A stretch of DNA of 64,000 bases, taken from positions 4,313 through 68,312 of the forward strand of contig CAMOPK010000002.1 of assembly GCA_946622285.1 (NCBI GenBank). The letters run 5' to 3'. The notes beneath the pieces were generated by a model that did not search any database, was not told the DNA's origin, and worked only from the letters and a program-made list of their open reading frames with translations. This document shows, piece by piece, positions 40,038 through 48,709 of the stretch. The DNA comes from an uncultured Bacillota bacterium. GTDB lineage: Bacteria; Bacillota_I; Bacilli_A; RF39; UBA660. How positions within the stretch are numbered: position 1 is the first letter of the stretch; each line of letters begins with the position of its first letter. The translations under genes were made by a program, and so were the position numbers.

Positions 40038-40046
40038 ATTGTCCTT

Positions 40047-40931
40047 TTATAATTCCTCTGGATATAATCCTTCATCAGTCATTTTCTTTAATGCATTTAC
40101 AACTAATTCTTTATCTTCTTTGTAAGTGATACCATACCAAACTGATGTTGTATCTAGTACTTCCATTTCAACCATACCCTTTTTAATTTGTTCACATACA
40201 ACTTCTGGAATTAGGTATTCACATTTATCAAGTTGGTCTTTATTTTCAACAACAAAAGATTTAAGTCTTTCTTCTAAATAATCAAATATTTTTGGTGTAA
40301 ACCCCATCATATTCATTGACACTAATTGATCTGGGTTTATTTCAAAAGGTTCGGCTCCTGAAAGTGGTGATGCAATATACTTACCTGTTGCATTGTCAAC
40401 ACTACATTCAACAAGGTAATCAATCTTACCATCTTTTGTTTCACATACTCCTCTTTTTACAGCTCCAGATGCTGTTATTGTATTACAAATATGATAGCCT
40501 ACTAATCCATAGTTTTTATCGTTTTTCTTTAAAAATTCGGCAATTTTCATGAATGCATCGCGTCCATAAAAATCATCTGCGTTTATGATTGCAAAATTTT
40601 CATGAACTGCATTTTTAGCACACAATATAGCATGTGCGGTTCCAAAAGGTTTAACACGGTCGATTGTTACACCTGTTAATTCACGTATATTATCATTTTT
40701 TTGGAATACGTATTCAACTTCAATTTTACTTGATATTTTATCCCCTATCACTTGTTTAAATAATTCATAGTTTTCTTCCTTAATTATAAATACAACCTTA
40801 GTAAAACCTGCTAAAATTGCATCATAAATTGAATAATCAATTATAATTTCACCATGTGGTCCAACTGGTTCAATTTGCTTTAATCCACCAAATCTACTAC
40901 CCATACCTGCTGCCATTATAACTAATGTCAT
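40047..40931 (-). CDS. Sugar-phosphate nucleotidyltransferase family protein
   Basis: 294 aa with the MAAGMGSRFGGLKQ N-terminal NTP-transferase signature. Confidence 0.7.
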   Translation of the reverse strand: MTLVIMAAGMGSRFGGLKQIEPVGPHGEIIIDYSIYDAILAGFTKVVFIIKEENYELFKQVIGDKISSKIEVEYVFQKNDNIRELTGVTIDRVKPFGTAHAILCAKNAVHENFAIINADDFYGRDAFMKIAEFLKKNDKNYGLVGYHICNTITASGAVKRGVCETKDGKIDYLVECSVDNATGKYIASPLSGAEPFEINPDQLVSMNMMGFTPKIFDYLEERLKSFVVENKDQLDKCEYLIPEVVCEQIKKGMVEMEVLDTTSVWYGITYKEDKELVVNALKKMTDEGLYPEEL

Positions 40932-41033
40932 ATTATCACCTCAATACAATTATACTAAATTATTCTTTTTTTTAAAACTCTTTAAAAATTACTATAATTG
41001 TGTTATACTTATTAAGAATAAGGAGGTTTATAT

Positions 41034-41705
41034 ATGAACGAGAATGAAGAAAAAAACTTAAATGAAAATGTTCAAACTGATGAACCTATAAATAATAGTC
41101 CAGAAGAAACCGAAGTTAAAAATGAGAATCCTAATCAGGAAGAAGCTGAAGTTACAAACGAAAACATTAATATAGAAACACCTATTAATAATGAAAATAC
41201 TAATAAAGAAGAACAAAAAAAAGAAGAACAAAGTAATTGGTATTGGATTATTTATATTGCTGTTGTAATAATTATATTTATCATCATTTTACTTCTATTA
41301 AGAGGATGCAATAGTCTAAGAAATAGAAATAAAAGTAAAATATCAGAAGCTAATGAATGGGTTACTAACATGTGGAACAAATGTGTTGATCCCGTTTATT
41401 GGTACACTGTTGATGGAACTGGTGTAGAAGGTGCTGCAATTGATATTGATAATGTCTTAGCAGATTGTGATAAATACTATGATGAATATAAGACAAAGAA
41501 AAGTGAAATTACTAATCTAGGCGATGAATATTCAGATTTCAAAGAAACATATAGTAAAATAAGTGAACAAATTGAAATTATTTATCCAAAAATAAAGGCC
41601 AACAAGCCAGTTGCTGAAGAAAATGTTGATTATGAAGAAAATATGGAAACATTTTATGAGTATCAAGTAAAATTATATAACATAATCAAAGAAAAATATT
41701 CTTAA
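41034..41705 (+). CDS. Hypothetical single-pass membrane protein with an acidic N/E-rich N-terminus
   Basis: 223 aa with RBS AAGGAGG, the TM helix WYWIIYIAVVIIIFIIILLLL, and no recognisable domain. Confidence 0.5.
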   Translation: MNENEEKNLNENVQTDEPINNSPEETEVKNENPNQEEAEVTNENINIETPINNENTNKEEQKKEEQSNWYWIIYIAVVIIIFIIILLLLRGCNSLRNRNKSKISEANEWVTNMWNKCVDPVYWYTVDGTGVEGAAIDIDNVLADCDKYYDEYKTKKSEITNLGDEYSDFKETYSKISEQIEIIYPKIKANKPVAEENVDYEENMETFYEYQVKLYNIIKEKYS

Positions 41706-41748
41706 GGCTTTAAGCCTTTTTTTTGTTTGATTTTTTGTTTTTTTATGC

Positions 41749-41754
41749 TATAAT
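41749..41754 (+). promoter_or_regulatory. Extended -10 element (TGCTATAAT) upstream of the SPFH gene
   Basis: TGCTATAAT at 41746..41754, with TTGATT 16 nt upstream. The same TGCTATAAT or TGCTATACT element also precedes the genes at 37383, 38097 and 49303 (minus strand). Confidence 0.5.
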
Positions 41755-41782
41755 AATTTTGTAAATAGAAAAGAGGTAATAT

Positions 41783-43015
41783 ATGGGTTTAATTAAGGCC
41801 TTAACTAGTTCTGCTACTAGTGCATTAGGCGATCAATTTAAAGAGTTCGTCACTTGTCCTACAATTGACAAAGATGTATTAATTCAAAGAGGAGAAGTAC
41901 ATCACGGAAGTGGCAACCCAGGATTCTCAGAAGGCGTTATTTCTAATGGTAGTGGCATTGCTGTACCACAAGGAATGGCTATGATGATTATCGATAATGG
42001 TGAAATTAAAGAATTTACTGCTGAACCAGGAACATTTACTTATGATAGCGGATCAGAACCAAGTATTTTCTCAGGTGGACTTGGAAAAGGTATCCTTGAT
42101 ACATTCAAGACTATCGGAAAACGTTTCACTTATGGTGGACAAACAGCAAAAGACCAAAGAGTTTACTATGTTAACTTACTTACTGTTACTGGTAACAAAT
42201 TTGGTTCACCACAACCAAAAAAAATTACAGATGAAAAATATGGAATGTTAGAAGTTACTTTCTTTGGAGAATATGCTTTCAAAGTAACTGACCCAATTAT
42301 TTTAGTAAATCAAGTAATTGGTGCAAATCCAAAAGATACTGTAACTTATGAAGAAATCGTAGGAAGTCAATTAAAGAATAAGTTCGTTGAAAAATTGACT
42401 CAAGCTATTTCAGTAGTTATGCGTAAACACAAAGTTTCATTTGGTGACATGGGAATGTATGGTAGTGATCTATCAGACGAAATGAATGTTTGCTTAGATG
42501 AAACTTGGAAGCAAATGTATGGTCTAGAAATCGTAGATGTTGCATTAGCTGATATCAACTTAACAGATGATTCAATGGCTCGTGTTAACAAAATCGATGA
42601 TGCAACTATTTTCTCAAATGCAAGTTTACAATCTGGCTTAATGGCTTCTGCTACTGCTGACGCTATGAAAACAGCTGCAGGAAATGAAAATGGTGCAATG
42701 ATGGGATTCATGGGCATGGGAATGGCTCAAAACCAAGGAGCTAATGTTATTGGTGCAGTTAACCAAAACTTAGCAAATAATAACACTGGTGCTTATGCTC
42801 CTCAAACAAATACTCCTGAACCAGGAACATTGTTTGAACGTGGTGGTGCTCCAGAAGCTCCAGTTGAACCTAAAGCTCCAGTTGAGGAAGCTCCAGCAGC
42901 AGTTGAAGAAACTCCTGCAGAAGAAGCTCCAACTAATATTCCAAAGTTCTGTCCAAATTGTGGAACTCCAGTAGTTGGTAAATTCTGTGGAAACTGCGGA
43001 AATAAATTATATTAG
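41783..43015 (+). CDS. SPFH-domain protein with a C-terminal zinc ribbon (YdjI / COG4260-like)
   Basis: 410 aa with the N-terminus MGLIKALTSSATSALGDQFKEF, a Pro/Ala/Glu linker, and the terminal CPNCGTPVVGKFCGNCGNKL. Confidence 0.65.
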   Translation: MGLIKALTSSATSALGDQFKEFVTCPTIDKDVLIQRGEVHHGSGNPGFSEGVISNGSGIAVPQGMAMMIIDNGEIKEFTAEPGTFTYDSGSEPSIFSGGLGKGILDTFKTIGKRFTYGGQTAKDQRVYYVNLLTVTGNKFGSPQPKKITDEKYGMLEVTFFGEYAFKVTDPIILVNQVIGANPKDTVTYEEIVGSQLKNKFVEKLTQAISVVMRKHKVSFGDMGMYGSDLSDEMNVCLDETWKQMYGLEIVDVALADINLTDDSMARVNKIDDATIFSNASLQSGLMASATADAMKTAAGNENGAMMGFMGMGMAQNQGANVIGAVNQNLANNNTGAYAPQTNTPEPGTLFERGGAPEAPVEPKAPVEEAPAAVEETPAEEAPTNIPKFCPNCGTPVVGKFCGNCGNKLY

Positions 43016-43022
43016 CACAAAT

Positions 43023-43052
43023 AAAAAAGTTGATTTAATATCAACTTTTTTT
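43023..43052. terminator. Bidirectional terminator between convergent genes
   Basis: AAAAAGTTGAT-TTAAT-ATCAACTTTTT. Confidence 0.7.
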
Positions 43053-43764
43053 AATACTCTTTTATATTATTAATAATCCAATTTTTCTTAACTATATCAA
43101 TTACACCAGTATTACAATACTCACAATGTTTATGCCCTAATGTTTTTATTGGAGCACCACAGTTTGGGCAATTAAGACCTAATGCTTTTACATTACCTAC
43201 TTTTAATGAATCGATAATATATATGTATTCACATTTAAATCTTGTCTGAACTTTCTTACCTACTTCATTATTCTTTTTATAGAAGTATTCAACTGAACTA
43301 GCAAAACGAATTGTTGCAACACTTGGAGTTCTATCATAATTTGTAACAACAGTTTTATGAATCTTAATATGATCATAAATAGCACTACCGTCTTTTAAAT
43401 CATCAATTTTACTTTTAATGTAGCTATTTACTTTTTCTGATGAAATCATGCATTCTTTATCTTTATTTTCAATTGCATTTAAAGTATCAAGAATAACTTT
43501 TTCAGCATTACTTTTAAGTTCGTTGATATTTAAATTTGGAAAATCATGTTCAATTCTATCTAAATATATAGTATCCATTGAAGATACTGATTTAGGTGTT
43601 TCTTCAGCTTCTTTTTCGGTTGTTTCAAATGCTTCCTTATATGAAGTTGTATTAAAGAATTCTTTTAAGAATTTTCTTGCTCTTATATGAATAATAAAAA
43701 TTATAATTGCAATTGTAAATATAAAAATAAATACTACTAAAAATGGAATAAGAATATATCTCAT
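43051..43764 (-). CDS. Membrane-anchored protein with a C-terminal CxxC...CxxC zinc ribbon; function unknown
   Basis: An N-terminal TM helix, then a soluble domain ending in LNCPNCGAPIKTLGHKHCEYCNTGV. ATG 43764 after GGTGAT is preferred. Confidence 0.45.
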   Translation of the reverse strand: MRYILIPFLVVFIFIFTIAIIIFIIHIRARKFLKEFFNTTSYKEAFETTEKEAEETPKSVSSMDTIYLDRIEHDFPNLNINELKSNAEKVILDTLNAIENKDKECMISSEKVNSYIKSKIDDLKDGSAIYDHIKIHKTVVTNYDRTPSVATIRFASSVEYFYKKNNEVGKKVQTRFKCEYIYIIDSLKVGNVKALGLNCPNCGAPIKTLGHKHCEYCNTGVIDIVKKNWIINNIKEY

Positions 43765-43790
43765 ATATATCACCATAACCATTTTAACAT

Positions 43791-43816
43791 AAAAAAAGGA
43801 AACTTTATAGTTCCCT
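43791..43816 (-). terminator. Terminator after the desulfoferrodoxin gene
   Basis: The minus strand reads GGGAACT-ATAA-AGTTTCC followed by a T run. There is a G-U pair on the minus-strand transcript but an A-C mismatch on the plus strand. Confidence 0.6.
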
Positions 43817-43818
43817 TT

Positions 43819-44193
43819 TTAATTTATTTCTTTTACCCATAAGCCATGCTTGTTACAATATGAATAAATTTTGCCAGAAGCTTTGTTAAATTTGACTTTA
43901 GCTTCCATATTTGGTTTCAAATAAACAAATTCCTCTTTCTCATCATTTAGAAAAGCTACCCATTCAATATAATGTTCTTCTTCCATAACGTGATTTACTG
44001 TAACAATTATGTTTTCACCATCAATCTCATAACTAGGAACATGTTTTTCAAATGCAGCATCTACACTATTTGGTCTTACTACTGTCATTTTTTCACCACA
44101 GCATGTAATTCCACAGTTTTCACAATTGCAATCTTCTATTACTTTTACTAATGCTCCACATTTCAAACATTTTTTTAAAACTAAATCTCTCAT
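43819..44193 (-). CDS. dfx: Desulfoferrodoxin (superoxide reductase)
   Basis: 124 aa. N-terminal CxxC...CC centre I (CLKCG...CCGEKM). Centre II motifs EKHVP, EEEHYIEW and CNKHGLW. Confidence 0.88.
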   Translation of the reverse strand: MRDLVLKKCLKCGALVKVIEDCNCENCGITCCGEKMTVVRPNSVDAAFEKHVPSYEIDGENIIVTVNHVMEEEHYIEWVAFLNDEKEEFVYLKPNMEAKVKFNKASGKIYSYCNKHGLWVKEIN

Positions 44194-44209
44194 TTTTTCC
44201 CTCCATTAC

Positions 44210-46306
44210 TTATTGTTCCAAATAAGATGTTTTATATGAATCTGAACCAATCGTTTCAGTTCCATGGACTATTGAATATGAAGAATCAGTTTGAACAACA
44301 TTTATTTCATTGTCAATAGCATCAGTTATTCCTTTGACAACACCATCATAGAAATCAAACGCTACAGTACTTCTAATACCATATGTTTTACCTTGAATTT
44401 CTGGAGAAACAGTACTTAAATTTCCGTCTGTATTATCTCCAATTGTTAAATTACCTTCGTTGGAAATAGCTTGTTGATAAACTCCGACTATCGTACCACC
44501 TGTTATTTTAACTGTACCATTAAGCAAATTTTGAACGGTAGCTCTTTCTAAAGTGGTAGTAGTATTTGGCACTCCTGTTGCAGTTGCGCTTAGATAAGCA
44601 TTTCCACTTATTTCTACATATCCACCTGCTATATTATATACAGCAGATCTTGTCCCTGTAGAAATTACATTTCCACCACTTATATGTAAAGAACCAGTCG
44701 CATTATTATTTATAGTCGCTTTTGTTGCTGCATTACCTGTTATAGTTCCATTATAAACTTCAAGAGTTCCGTTATTTTCAATCGTTGATGCATCCCCACT
44801 ATTACTTAAAGTATGACCTTGCAAATCAAGAGTAATAGTTTTATTGTTCGGAACTTTTACACTTTCTATGCAATCATCTGTAAGTAATACAGTTGAACCA
44901 CTAGTCGCTTGATTTATTGCTGTTTGTAATGATGTATATACTATTCCGTTTACAGATGCAACACTAGTTTGAGTCCAATGTGCAAAGATTGTTGTATCAT
45001 TTTCAAAAGTAGTACTTGGTGTTACTTCACTTCCACCTTCAGGAAGTGTATACCAACCATCAAATCTATAACCTGTTCGCGTAGCTAAAGGTAACGATCC
45101 AATAGCACTTCCGCTTTCGATTGCCCTTGTAGCTTCAGGTGAAGTCCCAGACATAGCATCAAATGTAATAGTTACACCTACCCCTAGATAAGAAATATTG
45201 TATGTTTGATTATCTATTACTTCAGTTGCACTAACAAGCATAAAATCTTCTTCCTGACTTGTAATTTTTGCAACATTATTAAATGAAGAATTCTTCCCTT
45301 TGGCAGTACCATCATAAAATGCAAAATTAGTTGTACTACTAACTCCTATTGTACTTCCTTGAATTACAGGTGATAATTTATTAGAAGCATTATCTTCTAC
45401 TCCAATAGTCATATTACCTCTATTGTCTACACCAATATAACTTTCTGAAACAATTGTACCACCGGTTATTAAAAGTGTACTACTGGCTTGATTTTGAACA
45501 GCAGCTCTTAAATTTCTTCCGGGTCCACTGGCTGATCTTAAATAAGAATTTCCAGTTATTTCAACAGTTCCTTTATCATTATATAAAGCCTGCTTACCAC
45601 CAGTAGAAGTCATCAATATTCTAACGCCGTCTACAATTAAATTTGCATTTTGATTATTGTTTATTGTGGCAGCAGCGGTTGAATTTGATGTTACTATGCC
45701 ATTTGAAATCTTTAATGTACCATTGTTAGTAATTGCTGCGTCAGCACCTAAAGCAGTTAAAGTATGATTTTGTAAATTAATTACTATATTTTTATTTTTA
45801 CTTACAATTGTATCTTCTGTTGTATTAGTCAATAATTTAATAGTTGTTAATGTATTATCGGTTGGAACTGCATTAATAGCTTCTTGAAGTGTGTCATAAA
45901 ATACTCCATCTATTTCTGCCACACCAGTTACCCAATTTGCATATAAATTAACTATTGAACCATCTATTTCTGACAAATTATTAACTAATTGATTATCTGT
46001 ATATAAAGTACCAGATCCGTTTGTTGATTTAGTCCAACCAGAAAAAGAATAATTTTCAATTTCAAAATTATTCAAATTTAAATTTTGAGCTGTACCATAA
46101 ACAAAATCTTGATTTGACATACTACCAGTTACAGTTGCACCTGCTGGAGCATTAGCATTAAAAACTACTGTATAACGTGGTTCTCGCGAATTGAGAGTTA
46201 TATATTTTGTTTTAGATTCAGTATATTTACTATATGTTATTGGCACAATTATGGCAGTCAAAAATAAAATCGATAACATTGTGCGAAGCTTAATTTTCTT
46301 TGCCAT
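44210..46306 (-). CDS. Secreted 698-aa protein with a SipW-cognate-like signal and two tandem [Flg_new repeat + parallel beta-helix] modules
   Basis: N-terminus MAKKIKLRTMLSILFLTAIIVPITYSKYTES. Flg_new segments (YTVVFNANAPAG...YSFSGWT; ITFDAMSGT...GYRFDGWY). Gly/Asn/Thr-rich beta-helix-type repeats (ITNNGTLKISNGIVT / IENNGTLEVYNGTIT). Confidence 0.6.
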   Translation of the reverse strand: MAKKIKLRTMLSILFLTAIIVPITYSKYTESKTKYITLNSREPRYTVVFNANAPAGATVTGSMSNQDFVYGTAQNLNLNNFEIENYSFSGWTKSTNGSGTLYTDNQLVNNLSEIDGSIVNLYANWVTGVAEIDGVFYDTLQEAINAVPTDNTLTTIKLLTNTTEDTIVSKNKNIVINLQNHTLTALGADAAITNNGTLKISNGIVTSNSTAAATINNNQNANLIVDGVRILMTSTGGKQALYNDKGTVEITGNSYLRSASGPGRNLRAAVQNQASSTLLITGGTIVSESYIGVDNRGNMTIGVEDNASNKLSPVIQGSTIGVSSTTNFAFYDGTAKGKNSSFNNVAKITSQEEDFMLVSATEVIDNQTYNISYLGVGVTITFDAMSGTSPEATRAIESGSAIGSLPLATRTGYRFDGWYTLPEGGSEVTPSTTFENDTTIFAHWTQTSVASVNGIVYTSLQTAINQATSGSTVLLTDDCIESVKVPNNKTITLDLQGHTLSNSGDASTIENNGTLEVYNGTITGNAATKATINNNATGSLHISGGNVISTGTRSAVYNIAGGYVEISGNAYLSATATGVPNTTTTLERATVQNLLNGTVKITGGTIVGVYQQAISNEGNLTIGDNTDGNLSTVSPEIQGKTYGIRSTVAFDFYDGVVKGITDAIDNEINVVQTDSSYSIVHGTETIGSDSYKTSYLEQ

Positions 46307-46332
46307 AAATTCACCTCTTCTCTAGGATTTAT

Positions 46333-46839
46333 TTAATCACTCAAATCAATTTGAGTAAAAATAACATCAATTTTTACAGAACTACTATCAATATCTCCAG
46401 ACCCTAAAGCTGTAGAAAATGTCAAAGTATGTTCATTAATTGCATTATTACTTCCAGCGTTAAATGATCCTGCATTTTCAAAAACAACTTTATTACTTGA
46501 AATTGTTCCAGAATTATTGCCATCAAGTAAAACTGTTACTCCTGCTGGTAAACTTGATACTTCAATTGCATAATCAACAGCAACATCAGAATTGCTAGTT
46601 ACTTTTACTATATAATTTTGATTGGTATTACCACCTGAAACCAAATCCAAGACATCAACTGCATTATCACTAGTATCAGCATATACTTCCCATTTAGCAA
46701 CATTTACATTAGCTGTCGTTTCTGGAAGTACAACAAAATATTTTGATAAGGTATTAGTAGTAAAATATGAGAGAAAAATAATAAAATAAACATAAAGAAA
46801 AATAACGTATTTCTTTTTCAATCTTCTTTTTTTCTTCAT
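46333..46839 (-). CDS. Small secreted protein with a SipW-cognate-like signal (TasA/camelysin-like candidate)
   Basis: MKKKRRLKKKYVIFLYVYFIIFLSYFTTNTLSKYFVV...VNVAKWEVY. The ORF extends to 46860 and overlaps the upstream peptidase gene. Confidence 0.5.
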   Translation of the reverse strand: MKKKRRLKKKYVIFLYVYFIIFLSYFTTNTLSKYFVVLPETTANVNVAKWEVYADTSDNAVDVLDLVSGGNTNQNYIVKVTSNSDVAVDYAIEVSSLPAGVTVLLDGNNSGTISSNKVVFENAGSFNAGSNNAINEHTLTFSTALGSGDIDSSSVKIDVIFTQIDLSD

Positions 46840-47302
46840 ATTTCTTACGCTTCCTCTCATTCTTATCTGGAATTATAGTTGTTAATACCAACCCAACTAT
46901 AAATAGTAATATCAATGTTGCTTTTCTAGAAAACAAATAACTAATAAAACCTAAAGTTTTAAATTTGTAAATCATTTTGCCAACAATTAAATCTTTTGTA
47001 ATAGGAATATCAGAAGTATTATTAGCATCTCCTTTAGTTATAACTTCATTATCATCTATTGATACTATTCTGTGAGTTATGTATTCACCATTTTTTTTAT
47101 AAGTAACTACATCATTTACTTCATACCTGCTACTTTTTTTTATTATTATTAAATCTCTAACATTTAAGTATGGTTCCATACTACCAGAACCAACTCTAAA
47201 TAGTCTAATACCAAAAAATGGAATATTTAAAACTGAAAAAAGGTTAATCAGAATAATGACTAATACACAAATTTTAAAAATCGTATATATTGTCTTTTTC
47301 AT
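46754..47302 (-). CDS. Signal peptidase I, ER/archaeal type (SipW-like), copy 2
   Basis: 182 aa with GSGSMEP, THRI and TKGDANN motifs plus a C-terminal TM anchor. Confidence 0.85.
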   Translation of the reverse strand: MKKTIYTIFKICVLVIILINLFSVLNIPFFGIRLFRVGSGSMEPYLNVRDLIIIKKSSRYEVNDVVTYKKNGEYITHRIVSIDDNEVITKGDANNTSDIPITKDLIVGKMIYKFKTLGFISYLFSRKATLILLFIVGLVLTTIIPDKNERKRKKYEEKKKIEKEIRYFSLCLFYYFSLIFYY

Positions 47303-47964
47303 TAATCATTAACCTGTTCAAAATAGAAACTTGCATCAAGTTTATATAAACTATCCATGTTCTTTCCAGCAATTGTATCAGCCTCATTATCATCAAACCA
47401 TTTCCAATCTAATGAATAGCTATCTGAATTACCTTTAGCTATATTAATGAATTCAGTTTTTAACTCATCTGCTGAAACCCAAGTTTCACTATTTCCAATT
47501 ATATACTTGTTATTTCTTCTTAAACGATATTTTAAATTAATCTTATACTCACTTTCTTCTTGTATTTTTATGTAATACTTTAAATTAAGATTAGTACTAT
47601 TATGTACAACGAAATTATATGTATTACCTACTCCTGGAGCAATTATATTGGTATACTCAAATGCTGCATTAGTAAATATTCGTAAGTTTTTGTGATATGC
47701 ATAATCTCCATCCATATCATCAACATAAACTCTTCCTGCAACATTTTCACAGCTATCACCATTGCATTTACATTTTAAGTCAATGTCAAATACATCAACA
47801 TTTCCTGTAGGTATTAGATATTTTTCATTAATATTAGCCGTAGTTGGAACTGTGTTATTTTCAATAGTTCCAAATCTTCTAAAAAATAATAGGATTAAAA
47901 TTATAATTATTAACAAAATTATAATTATCCAAAATTTCAAATTATTTTTATTTTCGTCTGTCAT
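47302..47964 (-). CDS. Membrane-anchored/secreted beta-sandwich protein (TasA-like candidate)
   Basis: 220 aa with the hydrophobic segment FWIIIILLIIIILILLFF. IAPGVGNTYNFVVHNSTNLNLKYYI and LDWKWFDD are paralogous to motifs in the 203-aa protein. Confidence 0.45.
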   Translation of the reverse strand: MTDENKNNLKFWIIIILLIIIILILLFFRRFGTIENNTVPTTANINEKYLIPTGNVDVFDIDLKCKCNGDSCENVAGRVYVDDMDGDYAYHKNLRIFTNAAFEYTNIIAPGVGNTYNFVVHNSTNLNLKYYIKIQEESEYKINLKYRLRRNNKYIIGNSETWVSADELKTEFINIAKGNSDSYSLDWKWFDDNEADTIAGKNMDSLYKLDASFYFEQVND

Positions 47965-48047
47965 AATTTTAATCCTTTCTATTTATAGCTTCCATAAAAG
48001 AAACAAATTTCTTCATTTCCTTTATGGAAGTTAAAAAACTTCCTTTT

Positions 48048-48647
48048 TTATGCTGCTCCTAATGTATATGAAGCAGTTATAGCTGCACCAGCTGGATTTA
48101 CTTGAGTACCCTTGATGCTTGCAGTAATGCTCATCTCTTCTGCTGCTTTTCCATCAGCTAAATCTTCTCCATCCTCAGTTGCAAGAGTTCCAGATGTTTC
48201 ATATGGCCACTCCCATGCTAATGGAATTGATAAAGTTCCTTTAGCTGGAATATAACCTGTAATCTTTGAACCTGAAATAGCTAATGTTGTAGAATCTTGT
48301 TTAAATACCAAGTTAGATGGTACATTTGCTAAATCTGTGAAAGTAATTTCAAATTCTACTCCTACATCACTACCACTATTATCTAAATCTAAGTTGAATG
48401 AGCCTCCTGTTCCTGGAGCAATCATGTTAGCAGTTAATCTTGAAGCATCAATTGTTGCTGGTAAAGATATCACTAAATTACCATTATTAGTGCCTTTTTT
48501 GAAATCCCACTTAGCAACTTGAGCTGTTGCAGTAGCATCAGCTAATGTTTCAGTATACTTTGCGTAAGTTGAAGCAACGTATCCACTAGTTAAAGCAACT
48601 AATAATAGTAATACAACTATAGTTAAAGATTTCTTGTTATTTTTCAC
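48048..48647 (-). CDS. Small secreted protein with a SipW-cognate-like signal; candidate major TasA/camelysin-like subunit
   Basis: MKNNKKSLTIVVLLLLVALTSGYVASTYAKYTET...AQVAKWDF. IAPGTGGSFNLDLDNSGSDVGVEFEITF and LAWEWPYE motifs. GTG 48647 after AGGTGGTGA is preferred to 48659. Confidence 0.55.
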   Translation of the reverse strand: MKNNKKSLTIVVLLLLVALTSGYVASTYAKYTETLADATATAQVAKWDFKKGTNNGNLVISLPATIDASRLTANMIAPGTGGSFNLDLDNSGSDVGVEFEITFTDLANVPSNLVFKQDSTTLAISGSKITGYIPAKGTLSIPLAWEWPYETSGTLATEDGEDLADGKAAEEMSITASIKGTQVNPAGAAITASYTLGAA

Positions 48648-48709
48648 TTTACTCACCACCTTTCATTTAAATATATGTAAAACTTCTCTAGAGAAATGTT
48701 ACATCAAAA

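Noticed and set aside
43819-44193. Reading the small Cys-rich ORF as a zinc-ribbon regulator of the SipW locus.
   Set aside because: The full set of desulfoferrodoxin centre I and centre II motifs is present, so an enzymatic superoxide reductase assignment is much better supported.
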